DNA from: Candidatus Bathyarchaeia archaeon
GTDB lineage: Archaea > Thermoproteota > Bathyarchaeia > Bathyarchaeales > Bathycorpusculaceae
Assembly: GCA_049512075.1 (NCBI GenBank)
Contig: JBEKXL010000011.1
Span: forward strand, 9,312-73,311
DNA length: 64,000 nucleotides
Reading direction: 5' to 3'
A model generated the notes under the pieces. That model saw only the letters and a list, made by a program, of their open reading frames with translations. It made no database searches and was not told the origin of the DNA. Positions 8,881-19,240 of the stretch are shown piece after piece. Positions within the stretch are counted from its first letter, which is position 1; each line of letters starts with the position of its first letter. Both the position numbers and the translations under genes were made by a program.

Positions 8881-9933
8881 CTACTGGGATCTTGGCGGCC
8901 TTTGGCTGTCTTGTATATGTATTGGTCGTCGTGGTCTTAACAGTACGGAAGAAAGGGCGATCAGAGCGACTACTAAGGGCAGAAGGTTAGCGGGGAATTC
9001 TGGAATCGCGCCAATTGGAATGTTCAGGGTGAATTGGTTTTCAGAATCCGTTGCAAACTGACCGCTGTAGATTTTGTAGGTCTTAACATCTACTTTACTC
9101 TCTAACACGTTGAACGTCAGGATTCGCACAGTTGCCGCTCCTCTCTCGGAGTCTAAGTTCTGATAGTTGAAGAAGAGTTCATAGCGATTTCCTATTACTG
9201 TTCGGTTGGCGTTGCCGTTGCTGTAGTAGTGGCCGTTTAGAGTCATGAAAACGTTCGGGTGATTGTTCAAAACCGTGTTCTGAAGATGGAGGCTCCATTG
9301 ATGGTACCGGCAGTTCTCATCCAGATAGGCGTGAGTGGCCACGATGGCGTAGGAGTTGGGATGGCTGTCCAGGATGCTGTTGGCCCAGCTGAGGGCTGGG
9401 TCACTTGCTTCGTATTCGAGGTTGACGACTATGAAGTTCCAGTTGCCGAATTCGAAGTGTACTGCCGTGCTTCTGCCGTTTGAATCGTCTCCGAGCCAGT
9501 AGGGTCTTTGACTCATGGCTGAGGCGTTGAAGGCTTTGAAGTTCATGCCGTTCCATGAGGACTGGTCGTCGTGGTTTCCAGCGTCCCAACAGTAGGGTAT
9601 GCCGTTGTCCAGCAGTATTCCCATCGAATGGTTGGCGTTTTCCCACTGATTCAGATCTGAAGGAGTATTGACTATGTCGCCCGTGTGCACGACCATCTTG
9701 ATGTTGTAGGTGTCCTTGTTGCTTATTATCCAGTTGCACGTGTTGTCAAAATCGCTGGGATAAGTCTGCGAAAGGTATTGTGTGTCAGTGATCCAAATCA
9801 CTGAAAAAGTGGATTCAGGGGCTAATGCGAGAGGAACGAACTCGCATGAAATCAGAAGCGCAAACAAAAGTATGAAAACATTCCTCTTCTGAGTATCCAA
9901 ACCTGACCCGCCGATTCGCTGGCTAGGTCTCAT
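8881..9933 (-). CDS. Secreted calcineurin-like metallophosphoesterase with PEF-type anchor
   Basis: TDTQ, HTGDIV, GNHD, ATH and NGHY motifs; signal peptide; IPEFP-TM tail. Confidence 0.88.
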   Translation of the reverse strand: MRPSQRIGGSGLDTQKRNVFILLFALLISCEFVPLALAPESTFSVIWITDTQYLSQTYPSDFDNTCNWIISNKDTYNIKMVVHTGDIVNTPSDLNQWENANHSMGILLDNGIPYCWDAGNHDDQSSWNGMNFKAFNASAMSQRPYWLGDDSNGRSTAVHFEFGNWNFIVVNLEYEASDPALSWANSILDSHPNSYAIVATHAYLDENCRYHQWSLHLQNTVLNNHPNVFMTLNGHYYSNGNANRTVIGNRYELFFNYQNLDSERGAATVRILTFNVLESKVDVKTYKIYSGQFATDSENQFTLNIPIGAIPEFPANLLPLVVALIALSSVLLRPRRPIHIQDSQRPPRSQ

Positions 9934-10067
9934 ATATCATGTTTTGCCGATATTTGCCTTCTGGAGAAAAGCAGTTCGGCTATTGCGACATTGGCTGAGA
10001 ATTCGCAGACTGAAAACGAAAAATGAGAGACGGGAATCGTGGATGGAACAGAATTCTCTCGTTTATT

Positions 10068-11063
10068 TCAGAGGCCGATGCTGTTTATCACGCTGGCTGA
10101 GTTGCCATCGATTACCAAAGCTATTTTATTCCCCTTGTGTTCGTAGCGGGCGAACCATATTGGCGCGTAGAGCAGCTCCGAGTCTGCGACGTCTATGTCA
10201 GTGTGTAGCTGCTGAATCATATGGTACTGTGCGTGCGCCCTCTCGGATTGCAGCTGATCGACGAGCGTCTTAGCCTGATATTTGGCCGCCTCTTCTCCAA
10301 CGTCACCGTTCAGGATCTTTATACCCTTCGGGACCTTCGAAACGTCGAAAAGAGTCCTATCGTCGAGGTTGAACTGGTAATTTCTGGGCTGATGTTCAGT
10401 GAGAGCCTTGAGCGCTACTATGGGGAAATTGTAGTTGTTGTTCATCTGGTAGGTCTTCCTCGCGGCAGCTTGACTCGGACCCATCATGCCGCCCATCAGT
10501 GCTCCCGCAAGAAGTGGCCCTGCAAAACCACCCCCACCCCGTCTACCACCAAAGCCCGATCCTATCACACCGGCCAGTGCGGCGGTGGTGGCTATTTCTC
10601 CGGCTTGAACTGCCATGTCGCTAGCCACGACAGATGTCCTCGCCGATACGGAGACGATCCAGTAAGGGACAAAGCTCAGGTTCATCTCCTCAAGCGTTGA
10701 ACTCTCTTGAAGGTGTCTGTGCAGCAGTCCCCTGTCCATAAGGCTGTGTATTTCCGCGGCGACTTGATCTTTTTCAGCTAGCTTGAGTGGAAGCATGGTT
10801 TGCCTCTGCACACCCCTCCAGCCGTCGTTTCCTAGAGTTACTCCTGTTCCACAGTATTCACAGGTTATGATCATCTCGCCAAACTTCGGCGTGATCGGCG
10901 CGCCACAATGGGGACACTTCAGCGACTTTGCTTCCAACGGAGCCAGAATGGGCGCAGTCGAGGCTGGAGCCTGTTGTGGCTGAGCAGTAGTGAGGCTGGT
11001 TCCACACTTTATGCAGAAGGCAGCATCATCTGGAAGCTGAGTTCCGCACTTAGGACAGTACAA
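10068..11063 (-). CDS. Double zinc-ribbon protein with glycine-rich hydrophobic segment
   Basis: CPKC/CIKC, CPHC/CEYC, FVPYW, APIWF...IDGNS. Confidence 0.8.
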   Translation of the reverse strand: MYCPKCGTQLPDDAAFCIKCGTSLTTAQPQQAPASTAPILAPLEAKSLKCPHCGAPITPKFGEMIITCEYCGTGVTLGNDGWRGVQRQTMLPLKLAEKDQVAAEIHSLMDRGLLHRHLQESSTLEEMNLSFVPYWIVSVSARTSVVASDMAVQAGEIATTAALAGVIGSGFGGRRGGGGFAGPLLAGALMGGMMGPSQAAARKTYQMNNNYNFPIVALKALTEHQPRNYQFNLDDRTLFDVSKVPKGIKILNGDVGEEAAKYQAKTLVDQLQSERAHAQYHMIQQLHTDIDVADSELLYAPIWFARYEHKGNKIALVIDGNSASVINSIGL

Positions 11064-11544
11064 GGTTTTCTCGCCTCGTCGCAGCCGCTTGCCGATTATC
11101 TTCCGACAATTTGACCACTCAGAAACCTGCGTCTAACGTTTTTCCTATACATCCGCCTATAAATAACTGTTGCCATCTGCAGGACCGAACGACATCGGCT
11201 GGATCATAGCTGTGACAGCATACGGCAAGCTCGTCGTTTCTCTTCACGCGCTTATGGAGCTCCGCAGCATCAAAACAGGCGAGACTGCCACCCGAGAAGC
11301 GTCTCAGCAGGTTCATCCGAAAGGGCGCGTGCTTTCCGAAAAGCGCAGTACAGCTTGGTTGTAACCTAGGACGGAGGGCTCGTGCGCTATCTTTTTGATG
11401 CGCCACAATTCACTTCAATGATGCCAAAAACTGTTTGGGGTATAGTTATGGCAGGAGTAATGGCCTTGATTTTCATTTCTCTGTGGTTCTACAAACAGAA
11501 AAAGGCTATTATCTGAGGGGAATTACTAGTTATGCTAGGTAGCC

Positions 11545-12237
11545 ATGTCCAAAATCAGAAAGTTTGTCGGTTTGGGCATAGTTGTCGTCATAACAGGTGC
11601 TTTCTTCTGGTTTTCTCCGACAATACTTTCTTATTTTCAGAACTCTTCCAGTTCTTCCCACAATGCTTACACAAGTCTCACGCTTAGAGATGCAGACACA
11701 ATGGGAAGCAACGGAACAACTAAGCTTGACTTTGGAGACACAGAATACAATCTCTATTATAGTTCTTCCTCAGGTCTGCATGTCTCGACGTTCATTGATT
11801 CTGGTGAAAGCTATACGCCACACATTGGGGATGTGTACAAATATGCTGGAATTGAGATAGACGTGTCCAATGTCACATCAGACCATATTTCCAGTTACAT
11901 ATTGATCTTGGTTAAACCTACCGTTCAGAACTATATGGCTTCCTTGCATTACACAGAACTGAACATCACTGTGAATCATGATATAGCGGTAAACATCAGT
12001 GGTGGGCTAACAAACGAAATACACCTATACGATTTTTCCTACCAGATCAAGACTATAAGCCATGGGTGGGGTCAAACAGAAAGCACGAATTTGGAAATAC
12101 AAACTGACCAGAACACTACAGACATAAATGTTATCGTTAGCACTATTCCAGAAGCTGTTAAAGTCTTCAACATAGAAATTAGGACCTTCGCTTTGGAGTC
12201 ACACTACATGGTTATCTATGTCAAGCCCTTGTACTAG
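11545..12237 (+). CDS. Secreted or membrane-anchored hypothetical protein
   Basis: N-terminal TM, Ser-rich linker, two internally similar beta domains ending ILVKPT and IYVKPL. Confidence 0.7.
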   Translation: MSKIRKFVGLGIVVVITGAFFWFSPTILSYFQNSSSSSHNAYTSLTLRDADTMGSNGTTKLDFGDTEYNLYYSSSSGLHVSTFIDSGESYTPHIGDVYKYAGIEIDVSNVTSDHISSYILILVKPTVQNYMASLHYTELNITVNHDIAVNISGGLTNEIHLYDFSYQIKTISHGWGQTESTNLEIQTDQNTTDINVIVSTIPEAVKVFNIEIRTFALESHYMVIYVKPLY

Positions 12238-12326
12238 AAGGCTCCAACGAAACTCCGTCACTTTTCTTCAAGACAGAAATCAAATCCGTACAGCAACGCA
12301 ACAGAAGACAATCTAGGGGTTCAAAA

Positions 12327-12869
12327 ATGAGTGAACCAGAAGTCGATGAAAAGCAATATGTTGGAAAAAATGTTGTTATTGTATTAGGAACAATAAGCAT
12401 TGTTCTAATAGCCTGGCTTGGTGGAACAGTTGTTCTTATGTATATTCAAAACACAAATCTGCAAGGTCAAGTGAACAACCTGAACGACATGGTCAACCAT
12501 GAAAAATCTGAGATTTGGCTCAGTAACAAGACGTTCAGCATAAGTCCAAACGAAAATGTCTCTGAGTTGTTCTATACGCCCTATTCAGGTGACGTTGAGG
12601 TTGTGGGTTATATTAAGCCAGCGAATCCGAGTATTTGGGTCAGCCTGACATGGAGCGTGTATTACGGCTATCCACCTGGTGTTTATCTTTACGCAGTTAG
12701 CCCCACTCCCTTCATACACAATGCGAATTATTACTATTTTGATGAAGAATTTCCAGTCGTGTCGTTTGGACAAACGAACAAGTACACCCCAAACGTGCTA
12801 ATCAAAATCGGAAACAACTCAACCGATACTGTAACAACAGTAAACGTGACCATAACATTCTACTACTAG
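12327..12869 (+). CDS. Membrane-anchored hypothetical protein (...TITxYY family paralog)
   Basis: KNVVIVLGTISIVL...KSEIWL...IKIGN...VTITFYY; similar to 5383-5901. Confidence 0.8.
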   Translation: MSEPEVDEKQYVGKNVVIVLGTISIVLIAWLGGTVVLMYIQNTNLQGQVNNLNDMVNHEKSEIWLSNKTFSISPNENVSELFYTPYSGDVEVVGYIKPANPSIWVSLTWSVYYGYPPGVYLYAVSPTPFIHNANYYYFDEEFPVVSFGQTNKYTPNVLIKIGNNSTDTVTTVNVTITFYY

Positions 12870-12973
12870 AATCCCCTCTCTTTTTCCAGTTTAAGCCATG
12901 CCACGCGAGAGGCTCTAGCCAAGCTTAAGGAGATTATAGACGGTGAATGTAAATAGGTGCATATCGCGCGCGC

Positions 12974-13200
12974 CAAAACTAGACTGAAGATTCTTAAGGC
13001 TCTCATTGATTCTTATCGGACGCCCTCAGAGATCGCAAAAACCGTCGGCGTTAACTTCGTGAAAACAAACGAGTCCCTTAAAATCCTCGAATCGAGGGCA
13101 TCCTGACCACGCCAAGTTTGACAAACGAATCCGCTACTACAAGTGCAATGAAACGCCTAAAGCAAGAACTGTCAGAACCTAATTGAAGCTTTTCAAGAGA
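12974..13200 (+). pseudogene. Frameshifted, 5'-truncated winged-HTH (ArsR-like) regulator
   Basis: KTRLKILKALIDSYRTPSEIAKTVGVNFVKTNESLKILES / KFDKRIRYYKCNETPKARTVR in shifting frames. Begins immediately after (CG)n at 12965-12973. Confidence 0.65.
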
Positions 13201-13253
13201 GATTGCCCGAGATTGCCAGAATACCAGAAAACGAGAAGTCCGCTAAAAAAAGG

Positions 13254-14573
13254 TTAGGGGTAGTGTTGGTTGTAGTGTTTTGCCAAGATGGAAAGGTCTG
13301 ACAAGCTGACTTTGCCGTCGCCATTTATGTCTGCGTTGGGGTTCCACTTGGCGTCGCCTGGCTTGGTGTTGTAAGCCTTTGCGAGGATAGATAGATCAGA
13401 CAGGCCGACTTTAAAGTCGCCGTTGAGGTCGCCCGGAATGGTTACGGCGATTAAGCCGTACGTACAGTTGTTGTTTGACGTGCTTACTTCGCCCTCAACA
13501 GGGTCAGCTACTGACTTTATGGTGTAATTGCCCTCGGCAAATCCAGTGGTGTCCCACGAGCAGACCCCACTCCCAGAACCTACCACAAATATGACGTTTA
13601 GAAAGGTGCCGATGACACTTGTGTTGGCGTAGACAGTGACATTAAACACCTCAACCTTGCTCCCATTGTTCAGCAGCGTCGTGTTAATGTAGACCACAGT
13701 TCCTTCTCCAACCACGGTTTTCGATGGCGTCACACTCGTAACTGCAATGTCGGGAGGACTCCATGGAGACGTTAGAGGGTAATGATCAAAACCCGGTATC
13801 CCGCCATAATTTTCGCCGTAAACCATGTATTGTGTGTCGTTTATCCCGTCGTGTCCAGGTTGGTCTTGGTTTGGTCCCCACTTCGAATCAATTATAGTGC
13901 AGCCGTTCCAATAGTTTCCTCCAGAAGGATAGCCGTTGTCCCAGAACTCAACATCGGGTAGCATGTAGTCCACAATTGTGTTGTAGAAGTTGTTGTGGTA
14001 GAACCTGTTGTAAGTCAAGCCTTCCATGAAGAAGATCGCGCTATCGGAGATGTTGGTTATGTTGTTCTCAAGGATGGTGTTGTTATGGCATGATGCTGTT
14101 TCCAGCACGGGCTCGTTTGGATCAGTGTGATTCAGGTAGTCGAAATACAACCCGTGATACCAACTGGAGATTACGTTGTTTCTTATAGTGTTGAAGGAAG
14201 ATTGTTCGAACGTGATTCCAGCCGACATATACGAGTATGGGCCGAGGATTGTGAAATTTGCGATGGTTACATAGGATACGTTACTCAGGTAGAACCATCC
14301 TTCGACCACGGCTGTGTGTCTGTATTGACCCATAATCGTCAGATTGCTTTTGTTCACGGTTACGTTCTCAGGATAGTCTCCATCTCGAACGATTATTGTG
14401 TCATAGGGGTTAGCAGCGTTTACGGCCGCTTGTATCGTCGGGTAATTGTCAGGAACCGTGATCGTTGCAGGAGACGATTTTACGGGCCGAACGTTAAGTG
14501 CCAGAGTTAACGTGCCAAGCATAAGCAGCATCAGTAATATTCCAGAAACTGTTCTCATTTTTCCTTTCTCCAT
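13254..14573 (-). CDS. Secreted parallel beta-helix (NosD/pectin-lyase-like) + CARDB + dockerin-like protein
   Basis: TITVPDNYPTIQAAVNAA, YHNNF, WDNGYPSGGNYW; C-terminal GDLNGDFKVGLSDL...ADINGDGKVSLSDL duplicated EF-hand. Confidence 0.85.
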   Translation of the reverse strand: MEKGKMRTVSGILLMLLMLGTLTLALNVRPVKSSPATITVPDNYPTIQAAVNAANPYDTIIVRDGDYPENVTVNKSNLTIMGQYRHTAVVEGWFYLSNVSYVTIANFTILGPYSYMSAGITFEQSSFNTIRNNVISSWYHGLYFDYLNHTDPNEPVLETASCHNNTILENNITNISDSAIFFMEGLTYNRFYHNNFYNTIVDYMLPDVEFWDNGYPSGGNYWNGCTIIDSKWGPNQDQPGHDGINDTQYMVYGENYGGIPGFDHYPLTSPWSPPDIAVTSVTPSKTVVGEGTVVYINTTLLNNGSKVEVFNVTVYANTSVIGTFLNVIFVVGSGSGVCSWDTTGFAEGNYTIKSVADPVEGEVSTSNNNCTYGLIAVTIPGDLNGDFKVGLSDLSILAKAYNTKPGDAKWNPNADINGDGKVSLSDLSILAKHYNQHYP

Positions 14574-14804
14574 TCTTTTCTTTTAGCCACCGCCGGACTG
14601 AACTGTTCACGATTCCCATGAGCTGAGAAAAACTTGTTCTCCCTTCTCAGTCACAATGGACCCCGCTTGAGGTTAATACCGGCAATAGGCTTTCCAGAAG
14701 AATAATAACAATTGATGTACTAGATAAGACTTGTGAAACAATGCTCTTGCATATGCTAGACAGATCTCCATTTCCTGTACGATTCGATACAGCTCCGTGC
14801 GCGC

Positions 14805-15031
14805 TAACAAGACAGAAGAAAGATGAAAACGCGAAGAATAAACCGCTCATAAACTGCATCGTTGAAAATGGCGAGTTCAAAGACGGCTTCTTTGGAAACC
14901 TTACGCTTTGTAACGTTCCAGACAGCTCGCTCAGAGAGTTTATGCGAACAGTCGTTTGGCCTAAATATCCAGGCCGAATAAGCGAAGCACTTCAAGACTT
15001 GATGAGAAAGGAAGTTCAGAAACAGAAGTAA
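14805..15031 (+). pseudogene. Probable C-terminal gene fragment (RHH-like end) between two (GC)n tracts
   Basis: ...NLTLCNVPDSSLREFMRTVVWPKYPGRISEALQDLMRKEVQKQK; GC tracts at 14799 and 15047. Confidence 0.4.
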
Positions 15032-15111
15032 TTGGATGCGTTCTGAGCGCGCGCGTTTTCAAAAGTCTTAAATGGAGTTTCACGTTAAGTGAACCTGAGG
15101 TTGTTTATGAA

Positions 15112-15894
15112 TTGATCAGTGGAAAGCCGCAGACGGAACTTTCGGTTGAAAGAACCGTCAGCGAAACGTTCGACCTCTACTTCAAGAATTTTGCGACGCT
15201 TTTTATACCGATGCTCATTGCGTACTTGATATCGGGGGGAATAGGAGCCGCACTGGCACGTTTCTATACTTCGAGCATTCCTCCAGTGCCAACGACAGGA
15301 GTATTGGAAGACGTGACTAACTGGATTAGTAAGTACTTGTCAACGCTGATCGCAGTAGCGTTGGTGGCGGGACTGATAGGTTGGATAATAGACGTGATAG
15401 CATATGGCACAGTCATCAAATGTTCGTCAGAGCTAATTGAGAACAACAGAACAAGCTTGAAGGGCGCAGTGCGATTCACGGCTCGCAAGCTTCCGTCACT
15501 GTTGGCTGGGGCAATCTTGCTTGCCATAATGATTGGGGCAGGACTAATTGCTGTGATAATACCCGGAATAATACTGGGCTTAATGTTCTCACTGACGGTC
15601 TCAGCTATCATGATTGAGAACGTGGGCGCGATCGACGGATTGTCCAGAAGCAGAAAGCTGGTGAGTCACAGATGGCTCAAGACATTCGCCATACTTCTCA
15701 TAATGGGAATAATAGTGATCGTGGTCTCAGGGATTGCCAATCTAATCGCGAGTCCTTTTGGAGGCTACGGTTGGGTTTTGAGCAGCATAATAACAGCCTT
15801 CATAGCACCCATACTGCCAATAACTCTAACAGTCCACTACTACTCAATGCGCGCAAAAGAACAACCAGCAGCACCAACACAGGCTTTATCGTAA
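15112..15894 (+). CDS. Multi-pass membrane protein
   Basis: About 5-6 TM helices with the ENVGAIDGLSRSRKLV motif common in this class of membrane domain. Confidence 0.8.
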   Translation: MISGKPQTELSVERTVSETFDLYFKNFATLFIPMLIAYLISGGIGAALARFYTSSIPPVPTTGVLEDVTNWISKYLSTLIAVALVAGLIGWIIDVIAYGTVIKCSSELIENNRTSLKGAVRFTARKLPSLLAGAILLAIMIGAGLIAVIIPGIILGLMFSLTVSAIMIENVGAIDGLSRSRKLVSHRWLKTFAILLIMGIIVIVVSGIANLIASPFGGYGWVLSSIITAFIAPILPITLTVHYYSMRAKEQPAAPTQALS

Positions 15895-16068
15895 GACACT
15901 GGTGAGGCTACCTGACAGGCTAACCCATCACGCACGACCAACACTCATCAAGCCCCAGTCTTTTCAAACCCCAGCAGACTGAATCTCAGACGCTTTTTTT
16001 CTTGCACGGCGAAGAAAAGACCATTTCACAACATAGTGGCTGGCGCTTGTCCGCAATCCTGATTGTTG

Positions 16069-16578
16069 TTATTCTATTTCTTTGGTTTTGGGGAAGAGTT
16101 CCTTTATCTTCTTCCTGAATTTGTTTTCAAAGTCGAGGGCTTCCATCGTGTTGGTTATCTCATCCATGTCCTCGTCGGAGAAGCTTTTGGCGGGCTTTCC
16201 GGTTAGTTCGTCGAGTGCGAGCCCGCAGGAGTATATCATGGTGCCTTCTTCTGACGGCGAAATCACCACGTGCACGCCTGATCGTTGTGCAGCTTTGACG
16301 TACTGTTGTATGCTGAAGGGGGATAGCAGGGTTCTCAAGGTCAAGGGCACGAGCGCGCCTTCTCCGGCGAGCACTGTTGTACTTCCCTCTTTGGTTCTTT
16401 CGGTTTTCATCACCTTCAAACCCATTTCCTTGAAGGCTTTCTGGCAGGCCAAAGCCACGTCATCGACCTTGGCATCTGGAACAACAAGTTTCGTTTCCAG
16501 ACACACAGCTTCATGACTCATTTGAGAGAGCACCACACTCAATGGGCTCTCCCCCTTCTTATTACGTTTTCTAGACAT
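16069..16578 (-). CDS. Hypothetical protein
   Basis: 169-aa ORF with normal composition; start uncertain. Confidence 0.65.
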   Translation of the reverse strand: MSRKRNKKGESPLSVVLSQMSHEAVCLETKLVVPDAKVDDVALACQKAFKEMGLKVMKTERTKEGSTTVLAGEGALVPLTLRTLLSPFSIQQYVKAAQRSGVHVVISPSEEGTMIYSCGLALDELTGKPAKSFSDEDMDEITNTMEALDFENKFRKKIKELFPKTKEIE

Positions 16579-16661
16579 CGGCGCCTGACGCGATGGCTTT
16601 TTGGCATGTCCTTTCCGTTATGGTGATTGAAACGCGTGCTAACGTCTTACAGCCTTTCCCG

Positions 16662-17273
16662 TCATCCTTCAATCTTGTCATTCTTACCGATGTAATCCTT
16701 AGCTTTGTCTCCTAGTGTTCGCTTCAGCAGATCCAGTCTAGTGTTTAGGTATTCGTCTCTCAGAATGTCAAAGTAATAGCTGTCCCATTTGCGGCCGTTC
16801 ACGAAAACTGTCTGTCTTACGGCTCCGCCCTTCTTGAAGCCGCAGGCTTCCAAAGCGTTGTGAGCGCGACGATTGTACTCGACGCTCCACGCTTGGCACC
16901 GTTCAGCGTTAATCTGGTTAAACGCCATCTCCAGCAGCCCGACGGTTATCTCTCGTCCCAGACCTTTTCCCCAGAGTTCCTTCTTTCCAATGTAGGTTCC
17001 GATGTCCGCAGTCTTGACGTTGCCCCAGTCCTGCCTCTGCAGACGCGCGATGCCAATAGCCTCCTTAGAGTCAATGAGCTCAAGGATGAAATGCAGCTCC
17101 TTCTCGTCCTTCATCCAATCCTCATACTGCTTCTCCAGCTGAGCCAAACTAACAAAATTCAGAGGCCTACTCCGGGAATACATAATCAGCTCAGAATCAT
17201 TCTCCCATCCGTGCAACAACCCCAAATCCTCCCTCTCCAAAGCCCTAAACCTCACTCTTCCAAATTCGAACAC
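16662..17273 (-). CDS. GNAT N-acetyltransferase (RimJ/RimL-like)
   Basis: VRFRALEREDL, LWGKGLG, N..A..ALEACGFKKGG. Confidence 0.9.
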   Translation of the reverse strand: MFEFGRVRFRALEREDLGLLHGWENDSELIMYSRSRPLNFVSLAQLEKQYEDWMKDEKELHFILELIDSKEAIGIARLQRQDWGNVKTADIGTYIGKKELWGKGLGREITVGLLEMAFNQINAERCQAWSVEYNRRAHNALEACGFKKGGAVRQTVFVNGRKWDSYYFDILRDEYLNTRLDLLKRTLGDKAKDYIGKNDKIEG

Positions 17274-17527
17274 GCAACCTCACCGCCCAAAACCCCTAAA
17301 CAAACAACCATATAACCCTTAGCAACACAATACAAGAAAACAGCCAATTGAGCCTCGGCGTGCGCATTACGACTTGTTACCTTTTACCATTCTTTCAACA
17401 TTGCTCAAAAGTGCGTAGCGCGCGCTAATTTTTGCTCCTGATATATATCGGAACTCGAAATAATGTATTAAATATTACGACACCATATTGTGTGTCTAAC
17501 AATCTCTTGGACGACGGGGGAATCTGT

Positions 17528-18154
17528 TTGACCAGGAAAGGGTTGTATGTATGGTTCTTCAGTTCGATGACGTTCATGTCGTTACTCCATATGACCGATG
17601 CGATTTCCGTTGTGTTCTTCAATAGCCAACCGCATCTACTTCAACTATACCCATATATTGGACAACAACTCCAGTCGGCGCCTCCAACAATATATCTGTT
17701 GGCTAGCGCTCTTTCGACCCTTGTATTTTGGGGGTTAACCTGCACAGTAGCCTTCGACAGCCCAGTTGAACAGTTCTTGAAAAGAGTGCTCTCGGACGCG
17801 AAAAGTCAGTCCGCGGTTGAAGCGCAAACGGTTACGGAGAAGAGCGAGATACTTGATGCGATGTACGAGACATTAGAAGCAAGCCAACAGACTCTATCAC
17901 AAGTTGTGGACATAGTTCACAACGTGAGGACGGAAGTGAAAGGCATACAACCGTTATCGATGACCGTTGAGAACATTGAGGCCGAAATGGGCAAACTGAA
18001 GAAAGAAGTCAGAAGAATCGAAGAAAAAGGAAAACTCCCAATATTGTGCGCAACTTGTGGAAAACCAGTGTCACTGGAATTCAGACTATGCCCATTCTGC
18101 GGCGAGACTATCAAGCTGACAAGCGACATCGCAGCCGCCAAAGCCTACAGGTGA
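17528..18154 (+). CDS. Membrane protein with coiled coil and C-terminal zinc ribbon
   Basis: Two TM helices, heptad-rich region, CATC...CPFC. Start uncertain (ORF is open from 17432). Confidence 0.75.
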   Translation: MTRKGLYVWFFSSMTFMSLLHMTDAISVVFFNSQPHLLQLYPYIGQQLQSAPPTIYLLASALSTLVFWGLTCTVAFDSPVEQFLKRVLSDAKSQSAVEAQTVTEKSEILDAMYETLEASQQTLSQVVDIVHNVRTEVKGIQPLSMTVENIEAEMGKLKKEVRRIEEKGKLPILCATCGKPVSLEFRLCPFCGETIKLTSDIAAAKAYR

Positions 18155-18311
18155 TCGCAGGCAAAACCCTCAAGGAGGCAAAAAAGCCCGCTTGAGACCA
18201 TGGAAACGTCTTCCGCGCGCGCCATCATGCGAATGTTTTTCTGTGAACTTATGTTGGGCCTTGCGAGAAAGCGACGTTTCCTGAGGTTCAATGTTCTGTA
18301 GTCGTCTTTCT

Positions 18312-18395
18312 TCACTTTTGCTGTGCGTTTTCTACTTTTTTCGCGACGAGTTCGCCCACCAGCGCTGCATTCGCTTTGCCTCGGACTTCTTCCAT
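18312..18395 (-). pseudogene. Orphan C-terminal fragment resembling the GatE/GatB Yqey tail
   Basis: MEEVRGKANAALVGELVAKKVENAQQK*, preceded on the coding strand by GCGCGC (18397-18402). Confidence 0.6.
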
Positions 18396-19240
18396 AGCGC
18401 GCATGCGTGTTCCTAAATTGGTCTAAAATGGTTTTTATTCGTCTTTCTTAAGTCGAGGGCAGTTTGGGGTTCATATCTGTCCTTGATTCCTACGAGTACC
18501 TGTCTACTCTGAACACAGCAGAAACAACCAAAACGGAATTAAAACCATTTTTAACCATTTTCGGAACAGGCATGCGCGCTACAGGAAATAGTCCATGCTG
18601 TTTCAGGAAAAGATGCTCATTTCTTTGAGAAGAAGTCTTAAGTTTGAAAAGGTCACAGAACACGGAAAATTGATGTTGCGTCCATTGTCTTTTTGGAAAT
18701 AGGGAAAAAGCTGAATTGTTGCCTATTGTTACCACAAAATTGTTACCTTTTCCCATCATTTTCCGCTGTTTGCTGTAATGCGCGCGCTATCACAAGTTAG
18801 GCACCCCGAAGCAAGGGCTCTTCTGAAATGCTCACGAATCTCTCTAGATTGACCATGCAAAGCTCCCCGCACCCGTCGGAGTGAAAAAGCATGACGCAAG
18901 GTCAGTCTTGCCTTGTGAAGATGCACGGCTCGTTAGGTGTTGGGCACTCCAATGCGGGATGGTACAGACACTTTCTTTTATTGACTTGATCTTTGACATG
19001 ACTATTCAGAAACGATTTTTCACCGTATACTTTGGTCATGAATTGGCTCCACCAAAACTTTGCTTCAGTCCTGCCTCTTCCAAAGAGTGTTCGATGAACG
19101 GTTTATTGATTTCCCTTCGTTCTTTCCAAATGTCAAAGCTACACCCGTTAATGTTGAAAGCAGGCACGTGCGATGCGAACCGAAAGCTTTTATTGAAGTT
19201 TAAAACTTACTTTGCCCATACCGCTTGAAGATGATGCTTC

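Noticed and set aside
18480-18573. Possible integrase N-terminal scrap (YEYLSTLNTAETTKTE)
   Set aside because: The similarity to the 35304 protein is too weak to support without a search.
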